DNA of 42,720 bases, taken from positions 1 to 42,720 of the forward strand of contig JACVGT010000005.1 in assembly GCA_018992685.1 (NCBI GenBank), written 5' to 3'. Positions 9,582 through 19,931 of this stretch are shown here, in pieces. Position 1 is the stretch's first letter; every line of letters begins with the position of its first letter. The notes under the pieces were generated by a model. The model did no database searches. It saw only the letters and a list, made by a program, of their open reading frames with translations, and was not told the DNA's origin. A program made the translations under genes and the position numbers. This stretch comes from Theionarchaea archaeon (GTDB lineage: Archaea; Methanobacteriota_B; Thermococci; Methanofastidiosales; SZ-28-30).

Positions 9582-10541
9582 TCAGTCAGAACCTGGCAAA
9601 AGTTTCCACCACCATTCATTATCTCTGTACCAGAAGATAGTCTCTTCAAGAGCTTCTTCAAAGTCGTGGTGTGGATTCCATCCCAGCGACCCCATCTTCT
9701 CAATGTTCAAAGCGTATCTAAAATCATGTCCCTTCCTGTCTTCCACGAAGTGTATCAAAGACGATGGTCTATCGAGAGTCTCTAAGATTTTGTACGTGAT
9801 TTCCAGATTGGTCTTTTCGTTTCCCCCACCAATGTTGTATACTTCACCCGGGGAACCCCTGTGAACGACCGTATCTATTCCGGTACAGTTATCAAGAACG
9901 TAAATCCAGTCTCTCACATTCTCCCCTGTACCATACAGTGTCAGTGGCTTCCCCTGCAATGCCCTTACTGTGAACTTGGGAATCAACTTCTCAGGATGCT
10001 GGTAAGGACCAAAATTATTGCTTGACCTGGTGATCAACACGGGCAGCCCATACGTTACGTAGTAAGAATGCGCCAGCAGATCTGCAGAAGCCTTGGAAGC
10101 AGAATAAGGAGAATTCGGCTTCAAAGGGTCATCTTCACGGAACTCACCCTCTCGAAGTGATCCGTACACTTCATCAGTAGAAATCTGGACAAGGGTGACA
10201 TCATGCTGCCGTGCAGCCTCCAGCAGTGTGAACGTGCCCACAACATCAGTATGAATAAAAGGTTCTGGACCAGTAATACTCCGGTCAACATGACTTTCTG
10301 CGGCAAAATTAATAATAATATCACAGGAAGGGACAAGTTCCTTTACGGTATCTTTCTTGCAGATATCTCCTCTTACAAAGGTATACCGGGGATTGTCCTC
10401 GATATCTCGCAGGTTATCCAGATTCCCTGCATACGTCAACTTATCCAGGTTCACAATATGGTATTCCGGGTATTTTCCCAGTATGTGCCTAATGAAATTG
10501 CTCCCGATGAATCCGCAGCCTCCAGTCACCAAAATGTCCAC
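9582..10541 (-). CDS. rmlB: dTDP-glucose 4,6-dehydratase
   Basis: 'ILVTGGCGFIGSNF', 'DKLTYAGN', 'FAAESHVDRS', 'STDEVYG', 'SPYSASKA'. GTG start at 10541 behind a GGTGA SD. Confidence 0.95.
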   Translation of the reverse strand: MDILVTGGCGFIGSNFIRHILGKYPEYHIVNLDKLTYAGNLDNLRDIEDNPRYTFVRGDICKKDTVKELVPSCDIIINFAAESHVDRSITGPEPFIHTDVVGTFTLLEAARQHDVTLVQISTDEVYGSLREGEFREDDPLKPNSPYSASKASADLLAHSYYVTYGLPVLITRSSNNFGPYQHPEKLIPKFTVRALQGKPLTLYGTGENVRDWIYVLDNCTGIDTVVHRGSPGEVYNIGGGNEKTNLEITYKILETLDRPSSLIHFVEDRKGHDFRYALNIEKMGSLGWNPHHDFEEALEETIFWYRDNEWWWKLLPGSD

Positions 10542-10545
10542 ATGA

Positions 10546-11013
10546 TCACCCGTGCTTCTTTCCCGGGGATAAGATCCAGTCGTACGGAATCTCTTCTGTA
10601 TCGGGCGGTAACCGGTACTCGTCCGGGTTCTCATAGTTATACGGCAATGTTGGCACACTCAAAAAATATGCAGGTTCATTGCCAAGAGCTTTAAATCCAT
10701 GGTACACGAAAGGGGGAACTTTTATCAACACAGGATTCCTATCGCCAACGAAAAGCTCCATTATCTCTTTGAATGTGGATGAATCCTCTCTGCCATCATA
10801 TAAAGCTACTTTCATCATTCCCTTTATGCAGGTAAAATTGTCTGTCTGTTTTTTGTGGCAGTGCCATGCTTTGACCACGCCGGGATAGGCGGCAGTCAGA
10901 TACACCTGCCCGAATTTCTCAAAAAGAGGATCATCACACCTCAAAATCTCCATAAGCCATCCTCTCTCATCTGGAATTACTCTCAAATCCTTGATCTCAA
11001 CACCATGTATCGT
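10546..11013 (-). CDS. rmlC: dTDP-4-dehydrorhamnose 3,5-epimerase family protein
   Basis: 'DERGWLMEI', 'PGVVKAWHCHKKQTD', 'DGREDSSTF', 'VPPFVYHGF'. The frame extends upstream of TTG 10986 as (T)IHGVEIKDL; start codon uncertain (see findings). Confidence 0.85.
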   Translation of the reverse strand, partial: TIHGVEIKDLRVIPDERGWLMEILRCDDPLFEKFGQVYLTAAYPGVVKAWHCHKKQTDNFTCIKGMMKVALYDGREDSSTFKEIMELFVGDRNPVLIKVPPFVYHGFKALGNEPAYFLSVPTLPYNYENPDEYRLPPDTEEIPYDWILSPGKKHG

Positions 11014-11196
11014 GACATCACCAGAGCGAATTACCTGGTAATCCTTAAATATCTTGTGACCTCCACCTTCATCCTGTTACCTTCATCCTGTGACATCGCG
11101 AACTACACTGGTATCTCCTTATGGAAGAGGTCAAAGAGGTTCAGACAGTCGGCAACCTTCCTGGCTGAAAAGCAGTCAACCAAAGCCTGAATCACC

Positions 11197-11290
11197 GAAA
11201 CCTTTATATAGTTGCGAATGTGGAATCTCCACATATGTAGATGGTCTACTTATATAGACTCAAAGGCTACATAGATGGCCTACATAGTAG
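11197..11290 (+). promoter_or_regulatory. BRE/TATA promoter and multiple CTAC/T-ATAT-GTAG-like boxes upstream of the MMPL gene
   Basis: GAAACCTTTATATAG 11197-11211; boxes at 11229-11240, 11246-11257 and a weaker one at ~11280-11290. Confidence 0.55.
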
Positions 11291-11300
11291 ATGTGATATT

Positions 11301-13466
11301 ATGATTCTAGACAAGATAGCAGAAGGGTCTGAAAAAAGGCCCAAACTGGTACTGGCCGTAATAATTGTGCTGACCATAGCACTGGGAATGGGAATGCTCA
11401 GAATCGAAAAAGAAACTGATATCATGGCATTCCTGCCAGAAGAAAAGGAATCTGTGGAAGTGACCACGGAATATGTGGACGAATTTGGTGGGCACAATTA
11501 TGAGACAATCCTGGTCAAGGGTGCTGTTGTAACGCCTGAGGCAGTTCAGGAGATTACCGCCCTGGAAAACGAAATCAGGGAAATACCTGGATTTGCCCTC
11601 AGTGTTGAGTCGTATGTCGATTTCTTGAGGGCTCAGAATGTACCCGACACTATGATACCGGCAGCTGTCCAGGCTCCTGGAGCTAAAGAGGCTCTGAGCA
11701 GCCTGGTGACTCCAGACGGAACAGCCGCATTGATCCAGGTCCGGGTAAATCCAGACTTTGAAGGAGACATCCAGCCATATCTGGATATCCTCTCTCACGA
11801 ACGTACCCTCACAGTCACGTATACCGGCACTCTCACCCAGGCGCATGATATGCTGGGGACTATTGACAAGGACAATTTTATTTTGCTCCCACTGGCAGGG
11901 CTCCTGGTCATTCTGGTGCTCTTTCTCACCTACAGGAGGCTCTCGGATGTAGTCCTTCCCTTTGTTGTCATCGGCATCTCTGTGGTGTGGGTGCTGGGCA
12001 TCATGGGGTATGCAGGTATTGCATTCTCTAACATTTTCGTGGCTATTGCCCCTCTCATTTTCGGGGTGGCAGTGGCTTACTCAGTACACATGCTGACCAG
12101 GTACTATGAAGAGAGAAGAAACGGTCTTGCAGCTGGCAAAGCAGTAGTCACCAGCATACAAACGGTGGGAATGGCCATCCTGTTGACTGCAGTGACCACA
12201 GCCTTTGGATTTGGCTCTTTTGGCATATCAGAACTTCCTCCATTGAGGAATTTCGGGCTGATCCTTGTGATGGGAATTCTGTTCAATTTCCTACTGGTTG
12301 TGACGTTGATGCCCTCTTTGCTGGTGTTGAGAGACAGTAAGAAACAGCAAGAACCCGGAAGAGTATCCCGAGTCAACAATTTCTTGGACAGGATTTCTCT
12401 GGCTGCCTTGAAGAAGAGAAAGATCGTGCTGGCCGTGGCAGGCGTCAGTGCTCTGGCATGTCTGATGTTATTGCCGGGCATTTCAACATCCATCAGCTAT
12501 GAAGATATGCTGCCAGATGAATCGCCAACCATATCTGCACAGAAAGAAGTTACAGAGCTCTTTGGAGGAGGCGGGGAACCCATTATTGTGCTGGTGGAGG
12601 GAAACCTCATTGAGGAATACCAGACAGTGGCGCAGATGGAGAATGAGATCAGGTCTATTGACCTAGCAACAGAGCAGGGTACCTTAATGGTATCCCAGGT
12701 GATGAGCTTTGCAGATGTACTGTATCAGACCCAGGGTGATCTCCAATCAGCCCTCGCTAATGTACAAAGTGCAGCCCTGGTGAGCCAGACACTGGTCCTG
12801 AACCAAACCAGCCCCTCCTTCATGAAAAAGGGTGTAATCCTTGTATTAGTTCATGCACGAACGGATCAGGAAGCTCATGAAATCACTGAAGAAATCAGGG
12901 ACATCTGCGCAGGGTATCCTTCACTGAATGCAAGAGTGGGTGGAGGCCCAGCCTTGATGGCAGACATATTGCAGGGCATGCAGTCCACTCAAATCAGAAC
13001 TACAGCACTGGCCCTAATCCTCTCTCTGTTGGCAGTTTCCATCTTATTCAAGTCTGTCAAACTGGGCGCTTTCACCATGATCCCCGTGGGACTAACCATT
13101 GCCTGGGAATTCGGTGTCCTGACCATTGCAGGATGGAGCCTGGATTTATTCACCATCATGGTGTCTGCTCTGATAATTGGGATTGGCATTGACTTCTCGA
13201 TTCATGTAACACACCGATGCAGAGAGGAATTTCAAAAGAGCAGAAACGCAGATAAAGCGTTGGATGAAACCGTGTTGCACGTGGGTAAGGCTCTTACCTC
13301 AGCCACCGCCACTACTGCAGGTGCATTTCTAGTTCTGGCATTCTCTTCCATGCCCATCATCACGCGGTTCGGACTTCTTGTGGCTGCAGTTATATTCCTG
13401 TCCTTCCTGGCAGCCCTGTTTGTCCTTCCTTCAGTCTTGGTATTCTATTTCAGCAAGAGATCATAA
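11301..13466 (+). CDS. MMPL/RND-superfamily transporter (COG1033-like)
   Basis: Two repeats of extracytoplasmic domain + TM bundle, 'GIGIDFSIH', 'LTAVTTAFGF'. Start refined to ATG 11301. Confidence 0.9.
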   Translation: MILDKIAEGSEKRPKLVLAVIIVLTIALGMGMLRIEKETDIMAFLPEEKESVEVTTEYVDEFGGHNYETILVKGAVVTPEAVQEITALENEIREIPGFALSVESYVDFLRAQNVPDTMIPAAVQAPGAKEALSSLVTPDGTAALIQVRVNPDFEGDIQPYLDILSHERTLTVTYTGTLTQAHDMLGTIDKDNFILLPLAGLLVILVLFLTYRRLSDVVLPFVVIGISVVWVLGIMGYAGIAFSNIFVAIAPLIFGVAVAYSVHMLTRYYEERRNGLAAGKAVVTSIQTVGMAILLTAVTTAFGFGSFGISELPPLRNFGLILVMGILFNFLLVVTLMPSLLVLRDSKKQQEPGRVSRVNNFLDRISLAALKKRKIVLAVAGVSALACLMLLPGISTSISYEDMLPDESPTISAQKEVTELFGGGGEPIIVLVEGNLIEEYQTVAQMENEIRSIDLATEQGTLMVSQVMSFADVLYQTQGDLQSALANVQSAALVSQTLVLNQTSPSFMKKGVILVLVHARTDQEAHEITEEIRDICAGYPSLNARVGGGPALMADILQGMQSTQIRTTALALILSLLAVSILFKSVKLGAFTMIPVGLTIAWEFGVLTIAGWSLDLFTIMVSALIIGIGIDFSIHVTHRCREEFQKSRNADKALDETVLHVGKALTSATATTAGAFLVLAFSSMPIITRFGLLVAAVIFLSFLAALFVLPSVLVFYFSKRS

Positions 13467-13469
13467 GCT

Positions 13470-13550
13470 AGTCTTCTTCCTTTCTTATTCTTTCCTTTTT
13501 CTTTTTTTTCACCTTTTCTCCCTTTGTTTTTTTCTTCTTTTCTTTTTCTA
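13470..13550 (+). terminator. long pyrimidine/T-rich terminator tract
   Basis: About 80 nt of almost exclusively T/C after the MMPL stop. Confidence 0.6.
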
Positions 13551-13672
13551 AATGGGAATCTTTCTTCTTGCAAGGGACGTACAGACAGCAGCTTCTGCAG
13601 CAGTTACGGAGAACCTCGAATAGTTCACCTCGCAGCGCACAGAGCTTATATAACCTTTCATAATACTATATC

Positions 13673-14617
13673 ATGACTACCATTTTGTTTACCCGGCACT
13701 ATGACATGCTCCACGACTACCACATAAAAAAGATTCATGCTGTTTCTGACGATATCACTGTTCTCATAGATGAAGACGTGGAAAAGGTGATACCTGATGT
13801 AGATATCTTGATTGCGGGAAAATTCGACAAAACACTTCTTGAAAAGGCAGGAAACCTTAAATGGATCCACGCACTGGCTGCTGGCGTGGATAGACTACTC
13901 TTTCCTGAATTCATCCAGTCAGACATTCTTCTGACCAATTCATCAGGCGTCCATTCCATCCCTATTTCGGAACACGTTTTGGGGATGATGCTCATGTTTT
14001 CTCGAGCCCTCGATCAGTCCCTCAGGAGTCAGATGCGTAGCCAGTGGGAGAGACCCCAGCCCACAGAACTCCACGGAAAGACAGTGGGCATAGTGGGATT
14101 TGGTTCTATCGGTGAACAGGTGGGTGCAGTCTGCAAGTGCATGGGAACCAGAGTCATTGCTCTCAAGAATACGACCAACTACGAGACAGAATTTGCAGAT
14201 CTCATTCTTCCGCCTGAGAGTCTGGGCACCTTACTATCACAGTCAGATTTTGTAGTTCTAACCCTCCCCTTGACTGAAAAAACGCGGCACCTGATTACCA
14301 GAGAACACCTTCGCCTCATGAAACCTACAGCGTACCTCATCAATGTCTCACGAGGGGAAATCGTTTCAGAGGCTGACCTCATTGACGCACTGACAGACCA
14401 TTGGATCAAAGGCGCAGGGTTAGATGTCTTTGAAGAAGAGCCCCTTTCTGAAAACAGTCCTCTGTGGAAGATGGATTCAGTGATCATCACTCCTCACTAT
14501 GCGGGCTCTACTCCCTCCTATTTTGACAGGGCAATTGACATCTTCTGTGAAAATCTACACAGGTTCCTGATTGGAGCGACTCTCATGAACGTCGTTGACA
14601 AAAAAAGAGGGTATTAG
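13673..14617 (+). CDS. D-2-hydroxyacid dehydrogenase family protein
   Basis: 'GIVGFGSIG', 'LINVSRG', 'LDVFEEEPL', 'ITPHYAG'. Confidence 0.93.
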   Translation: MTTILFTRHYDMLHDYHIKKIHAVSDDITVLIDEDVEKVIPDVDILIAGKFDKTLLEKAGNLKWIHALAAGVDRLLFPEFIQSDILLTNSSGVHSIPISEHVLGMMLMFSRALDQSLRSQMRSQWERPQPTELHGKTVGIVGFGSIGEQVGAVCKCMGTRVIALKNTTNYETEFADLILPPESLGTLLSQSDFVVLTLPLTEKTRHLITREHLRLMKPTAYLINVSRGEIVSEADLIDALTDHWIKGAGLDVFEEEPLSENSPLWKMDSVIITPHYAGSTPSYFDRAIDIFCENLHRFLIGATLMNVVDKKRGY

Positions 14618-14618
14618 C

Positions 14619-15404
14619 CTATAGATTCATTCCCCGCTCCTTCAATATCCTTCCAACTACTCCATCAATCTCACTGAAGGCCAACCCATACTTCCGGGAA
14701 ACGTGCTCTCCCCACCCATAGGTATCGTAGGTTTCACTGTCATGTTCAACAGGGATCTTTGCCTGAAGCTTCAGGTAGTACCCTTCCCGAATGAGCCCTG
14801 CGTCCATGACGGTGAGAGCTTCTCCAACCTCTTCATCAGTCATGTCATGATACGTATTGTAGTTGAGTATGCATTCCAGGGGTATTCTGGGTCGAACTGG
14901 TGGGTCCTGATCAGGGTACCCAAGAACCATCCCCACGACAGGAATGACCCGCTGGGGCAGTTCGAATATCGTTGCAAGTTCCTCTACCCACAGGGCCCCG
15001 CCCAGAAAACAGGTACCAAGCCCCACAGACTCAGCAGCTGTCACCACATTTTGAGCCATGTATGCCATGTCCTGAACTCCTAAAATGAGTAACGCAATTT
15101 CCTCCATCCTGTTTTTTCTTCCCTTTGCGGCGATGAATTTCTCAAGTTTTCTGAAATCTACACAAAATAACATGAAGACTGGTGCCCTTCCTGCCATCTC
15201 GAAGTGTTCAGCGATTTCTCTCCTTTTTTCCTCATCAGTGCACACAATGACTGTGTACATTTGCCCTGTAAAGGGAGCCTGCTGGCCAGCCCTCACAAGG
15301 GTCTCAATAAGAGATTCAGGAACCTTCTCATCAGTGAACCTCCTGATGGATCTATGGTGCAAGAGAGTGTCAATGACGGTGTTCATGCTGGTACTATTGA
15401 ACAT
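14619..15404 (-). CDS. nitroreductase family flavoprotein (NfsA/FRP-like)
   Basis: 'HRSIRRF', 'AQNVVTAAESVGLGTCFLGG', 'LGYP...PVRPR'. Confidence 0.88.
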   Translation of the reverse strand: MFNSTSMNTVIDTLLHHRSIRRFTDEKVPESLIETLVRAGQQAPFTGQMYTVIVCTDEEKRREIAEHFEMAGRAPVFMLFCVDFRKLEKFIAAKGRKNRMEEIALLILGVQDMAYMAQNVVTAAESVGLGTCFLGGALWVEELATIFELPQRVIPVVGMVLGYPDQDPPVRPRIPLECILNYNTYHDMTDEEVGEALTVMDAGLIREGYYLKLQAKIPVEHDSETYDTYGWGEHVSRKYGLAFSEIDGVVGRILKERGMNL

Positions 15405-15451
15405 GAGTTAAAAACATTCCCCACCCTCACTGAAAAGATCAGGAACCTCCC

Positions 15452-16084
15452 TTAACTGTACTGCTCTACACTGATCTCAGCTTCCTGTACGAGTCCATCT
15501 GAATTGTTATCATGCCACCTGACCATCAGCATATGATACCCTGAGTAGGTCTGCCAGGTCACAGGATCTCCAATCAGCATGCACCCTGCATACGTTCCCC
15601 ACCAGCCATACCCCCAAACCAGCATGACATTCCTCCCGTTGCTCTGGCCCAGGTGTACGATGCACGTGTCCTCTGCAGGGTGATTGCTCAGGTTCAAGAA
15701 GATGGAGTACCCATCTGCAAAAATCTCAAATGAGATACCTGGATTGTAATTATAGGTTATACCAAACACCGCGTCAAATTCAGTGGCTACCGGGTTGACT
15801 GCAGGACCCCCCACGATGATCAGGTTACCAGTGTCATGTTCCATCTGGGTCAAGATGAGATCAGTCCTTCCTTCTGGATTCTGAGTGACACCACTATATG
15901 CCAGCCCATAGGAGATCTTTGATGACCCCATGACATCGGTGCAGTAGGCCTGGTCTCCTGCCACCATGAAGGTATATGAAGAGAAAAGTGAAGAGATCTG
16001 GTTGAAGGTTGCTCCCTGAGATGTCACCATCTGGAGTGAACCAGTAATAAGAAGAATCAAAGCGAAGACCGCCTTCTTGTTCAT
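15452..16084 (-). CDS. secreted protein with S-layer C-terminal-like domain
   Basis: Signal peptide MNKKAVFALILL; 'VAGDQA..TDV', 'NLIIVGGPAVNP', 'MLVWGYGWWGTYAG', terminal EF-hand-like 'DNNSDGLV'. Confidence 0.6.
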   Translation of the reverse strand: MNKKAVFALILLITGSLQMVTSQGATFNQISSLFSSYTFMVAGDQAYCTDVMGSSKISYGLAYSGVTQNPEGRTDLILTQMEHDTGNLIIVGGPAVNPVATEFDAVFGITYNYNPGISFEIFADGYSIFLNLSNHPAEDTCIVHLGQSNGRNVMLVWGYGWWGTYAGCMLIGDPVTWQTYSGYHMLMVRWHDNNSDGLVQEAEISVEQYS

Positions 16085-16237
16085 ACTATTATTCTGCAAT
16101 ACCACTATTTAAAATTTCGCATGAAGTCACGCGGTGAGACGTCCCCGAATATCTGCAGCATTCCCAGGCACTTCTCAGAACGTAAGAGTGAGTACGTGTC
16201 TGATGTGATCATTCATCTCGACAGCACAGTACTGTCA

Positions 16238-17875
16238 TCATAACAGAATACTTCCTCCGAAAGGAGATAGTGTTGTTATGACCAACCCGAGCCATGCTGC
16301 CTGGAGAACTGCATTGGGAACTGCTGACCCAGTCAATTTCTCCATGAACACACTAAAGGACGTCAGGACCAGGAAAATCGGTACCATGAGAATCAGTACC
16401 ATGGCAAAGAAGTAGTTACCCAGTATCACACAGATGGTCATGATCACCGTGAAAAACCAGGAATAGATCAAGAGGAAATTCGAAAGTGCAGTGAAAGCGA
16501 GCTTGAAATGACGATTTTCAATTTTCACACGGCTGAGAACAGGAAGGGAACACTTCTGGATGAACAGCGAGTAGAACAGGAATACCCAGAACAAAATGAC
16601 AGTGTACAATCCCGCGTATGGGATTCTGGGATGAGAAGGAACCATTCCGAGAAACTGTGAACCAATCAGGAGACAGTATCCTACAAGAAACAGAAAGGTC
16701 ACTGCTCCAGAGAATATCCAGATGTTGAGCCCTCGGGACAGATTCTCCCTGATCGTATCGAGAAGAGAACGGTGTTGCCTTCTGTAGAGGACCCAGGAAT
16801 AGAAGAGTAAATTCACTCCCAACCCTCCTGTCAGCATGGTGAGCATTGCAGTAAAAGGAAGAGGAGTCAAGATCAGAGGTGCAAACAGAACAATGGTAGG
16901 AAAAAGGAATAGGGTAATAATGTAGTAGAACGCAATGAACCGGGGAAGCGACATGGGAAGAGACACAGCAGGAACAGGCTTCAGGTACAAACAGTGGGCG
17001 AGAATGTAACAGAATGATACCAGGAGCCCCAAAAACCCTGTGATTCCCAGAACCAGGTACAGGACTCTCTGGTGGAACAGGGAGGTGGGTTCATACGGAT
17101 CTCCAAATGCCTGGGAAATCCAGGACGTGGCAGTGAAAACGAAATCTGAATTCCAGGGAGTAGTCAGGTGATCTGCCATTTCCACAACGTCCAGACTTCG
17201 GGCTGTCCCATCACGCAGGTTACCATACACGTTCCCGAATTCAATATCCTCAGGAGGGATTCCTGTCAAAGCCGACATGGGCAGTCTTGCCTCTTCAGGT
17301 GAAAAGGCTTCATCATGCCTGGCAATTAGAATCAGTACATTTTTCGGAGTTTCAAGACTGCACAGAGTCTCATCAGGAGCAGTTCCAACTCCTACCCATG
17401 CTCTGACTGCAGGGGTTTCTACCGCATACTGGAAGGTAGGAAATCCGCCCATTGAGTATCCCAGGAGAGCGATTTTACTCATGTCTGCAGATGATCTGAC
17501 GGAAACATCACTGAGAACAGCTTCAAGGTCCCGGATGAGTCCTTCTCTGGTGAGTTCCCCTGTGCTCTGCCCGTGGCCCCTCCAATCCACGTTAGCCACA
17601 ATGTATCCCTGGGATGCCAGTTCTAAAGCAAAATTGGTCATCATCTCTTTATTAACCATGATGCCGTGCCCAATGAAGACCACAGGATACAGTCCTGAAC
17701 TGTCAGGCTTAGTTGGCCTCGGCTGATACAGTTGGTAGCAGATTGTGACACCATCTGATGTCTGGGTGGAGAAGGTGGAACATGAAGCCGGGGGAGTATG
17801 TAATCCAATAACACCTACGGTAAAGAACACGGTAGCTACAATTGCAATCGCCGCTCTCCTGGATTTCTGATCCAT
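16238..17875 (-). CDS. membrane-bound alpha/beta hydrolase with polytopic C-terminal domain
   Basis: 'IGHG', 'DWRGHGQS', nucleophile 'GYSMGG', 'ADH', then multiple TM helices. Start refined to ATG 17875. Confidence 0.85.
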   Translation of the reverse strand: MDQKSRRAAIAIVATVFFTVGVIGLHTPPASCSTFSTQTSDGVTICYQLYQPRPTKPDSSGLYPVVFIGHGIMVNKEMMTNFALELASQGYIVANVDWRGHGQSTGELTREGLIRDLEAVLSDVSVRSSADMSKIALLGYSMGGFPTFQYAVETPAVRAWVGVGTAPDETLCSLETPKNVLILIARHDEAFSPEEARLPMSALTGIPPEDIEFGNVYGNLRDGTARSLDVVEMADHLTTPWNSDFVFTATSWISQAFGDPYEPTSLFHQRVLYLVLGITGFLGLLVSFCYILAHCLYLKPVPAVSLPMSLPRFIAFYYIITLFLFPTIVLFAPLILTPLPFTAMLTMLTGGLGVNLLFYSWVLYRRQHRSLLDTIRENLSRGLNIWIFSGAVTFLFLVGYCLLIGSQFLGMVPSHPRIPYAGLYTVILFWVFLFYSLFIQKCSLPVLSRVKIENRHFKLAFTALSNFLLIYSWFFTVIMTICVILGNYFFAMVLILMVPIFLVLTSFSVFMEKLTGSAVPNAVLQAAWLGLVITTLSPFGGSILL

Positions 17876-17921
17876 TCTAAGTCCCCCGCAACAAAGCAAA
17901 AAGAGAAAGTGGAAAGTAAGT

Positions 17922-18380
17922 CTAGCCAGGGTAAAGATGGATCTGATAGAAGAATTTATCCTGTTCCGAATATGCATTTCCATCTTCTATTCGCACGGTG
18001 AAGTCAACTTCCCACGTCTCTTCCTGTCCGCTCCATTGTTTGACAATAACGGTAAAGATAACAGATTCCCTTTCGCCGGGCTTCAAATCTCTTATCTCAA
18101 AGTAATCTTCCTCCATTACGATGTCACCGGGAAGCAAGAAGTCTTTCAGAATGACCTTTTCAAGTGCAGAATCGCCACTGTTGGTCAGGAACAGAGTGTA
18201 CTGAATAGTAACATCATTTGTTGCGGCATCTTGTGAAGTAATTTCCAGTGCTGCTTCAACTTGCAAAGTGTCGGCAGGCATGGGTGGAATACCTGGCAGA
18301 GGTGAACCACCATCCTGGCCCACGCAGGCGCACATTGAGACCAGGATTGCAGCAAGTAATAACATCCTCCTTTCTTTCAT
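17922..18380 (-). CDS. putative lipoprotein with Ig-like domain
   Basis: MKERR + hydrophobic stretch + lipobox-like 'SMCAC'; 'TLFLTNSGD', 'DLKPGERES'. Confidence 0.6.
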   Translation of the reverse strand: MKERRMLLLAAILVSMCACVGQDGGSPLPGIPPMPADTLQVEAALEITSQDAATNDVTIQYTLFLTNSGDSALEKVILKDFLLPGDIVMEEDYFEIRDLKPGERESVIFTVIVKQWSGQEETWEVDFTVRIEDGNAYSEQDKFFYQIHLYPG

Positions 18381-18628
18381 GGAGGTTGTTAGATCCACCG
18401 GTCTTATAAAGGTATCCATTGGAAAATGGCAAAGCATTCATAATAATATACTTCTTCTGAGCTTTGAAAGTCTATCCCTGCCACGCATGTACTCAACCTG
18501 GAAAATATATCCGGCAGTGAAGGGTATTTTCTCCTCCATAGGCACCCAATTTTACCCAAGGATAGTAACCCTAACCAGTGAGTATCTGACGACGTGCTCA
18601 GAAAAGCTTTCTATGGAAGGATTGCTTT

Positions 18629-19798
18629 CTAGTCTGCGACTTCAAATATCGCCTGTAACATTGAAGCTGAGATCGGATTGCGGAGAGGCAGCCCTATCAA
18701 TGTCTTGGAGAGATTCCTGGAGACTGGAATATCTGAAGCATGGCGCGGTGCATAGAATGATTTCGAAACAGGAAATCCAAACCTGGGAAGTGCAGGCTCA
18801 ATACCGAGACGTCTCATGCGGGCACATATTCTGTTGCGCGAGTCCTCGTCTTCTGTCTTCACAAAAAACCACGTGTACACAGCATGTATTTCCTTCTTTT
18901 CTGAAGGAACAGAAACCGCATCCAGCCTGCTGAGAATGTCCATGTATGTGAGAGCAATTTTCCTACGGACTTCAAAAAGGCGTCCTCTAATCTGTTGTAT
19001 CCCCAGGGCATACGAAAGAAGAGAAAGATCTCGAGTATCTTCAATCTCTATTCTGTAATCCATGTATTGGTGTTGTACCAAGTCTTCCTTGAGTGCACTT
19101 CCTATCAATCCATATAGCAGGGGATTCGCCAGCACAACTGCTCCCAGAGTTCTCACGAGACAAGGTGCAGAAGATCTTCCACCTCTACAGGAACTCTTTA
19201 ACCTCATCATGTCATGTGACGAGTGAACTACTATCCCGCCCCCTTTCCCCATAGAAATACTCTTTCCGTATCCGAAACTGAACATCCCGATGTCCCCGAA
19301 TGTGCCCACAGGGGTCCCCCGATATCTGGCACCAAATGCAGAAGCTGCATCTTCAACAAGGAACAAGTCATGGTCTTCACACAGGTCCTTCAGCCAGCCA
19401 ATTTCTGAAGGATATCCAAAAACATGGTCTGTCAGGATGGCTCGAGTCTCTGAAGTAATGCGCTTGGCCACACTTTCTGGATCCAGCGTATACGTTCTGC
19501 TCTCCACATCTGCAGGCACCGGGCGTATTCCACATTCTGCCAGCACCATGGGGATGATATTTGTGGTGAATGCGGGAATGATCACTTCACTCCCCTTATC
19601 TATAGCTAAGATCTTGAGGCCAAGGTATAACGCTCGCCTCCCTGTAGCCACTGTCATGTATGAATCAGTATTCAAGAATTCTTTTACCTCAGTCTCGAAG
19701 AGATCCCTAACATGCCCTCGTTCTTTTCCCACCAAAGAAAGAGCATGAATGAGCTCCAGAGCAGTGTGGGGGGGTGCATGAGCTGGCAACAACCTCAT
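18629..19798 (-). CDS. DegT/DnrJ/EryC1/StrS family PLP-dependent aminotransferase
   Basis: 'TGRRALYLGL', 'EVIIPAFT', 'LVEDAASAFG', 'FSFGYGKSISMGKGG' with the catalytic Lys. Confidence 0.88.
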   Translation of the reverse strand: MRLLPAHAPPHTALELIHALSLVGKERGHVRDLFETEVKEFLNTDSYMTVATGRRALYLGLKILAIDKGSEVIIPAFTTNIIPMVLAECGIRPVPADVESRTYTLDPESVAKRITSETRAILTDHVFGYPSEIGWLKDLCEDHDLFLVEDAASAFGARYRGTPVGTFGDIGMFSFGYGKSISMGKGGGIVVHSSHDMMRLKSSCRGGRSSAPCLVRTLGAVVLANPLLYGLIGSALKEDLVQHQYMDYRIEIEDTRDLSLLSYALGIQQIRGRLFEVRRKIALTYMDILSRLDAVSVPSEKKEIHAVYTWFFVKTEDEDSRNRICARMRRLGIEPALPRFGFPVSKSFYAPRHASDIPVSRNLSKTLIGLPLRNPISASMLQAIFEVAD

Positions 19799-19931
19799 GA
19801 CAGCACCTCAGACCACGTTGTCGGGCATCCTATATAAGAGTTGCCATGTGGGCTCTGGGGGGAACTGTACTGATTCCTTTGGTAGTTCTCTCCAACGTGA
19901 ATCTTTTGCTCTGAACTTCCAGCTGTTCATG

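Noticed and set aside
18268-18933. 221-aa plus-strand ORF and the many other antisense or overlapping ORFs in the track
   Set aside because: Shadow frames of well-supported genes on the opposite strand or in another frame.
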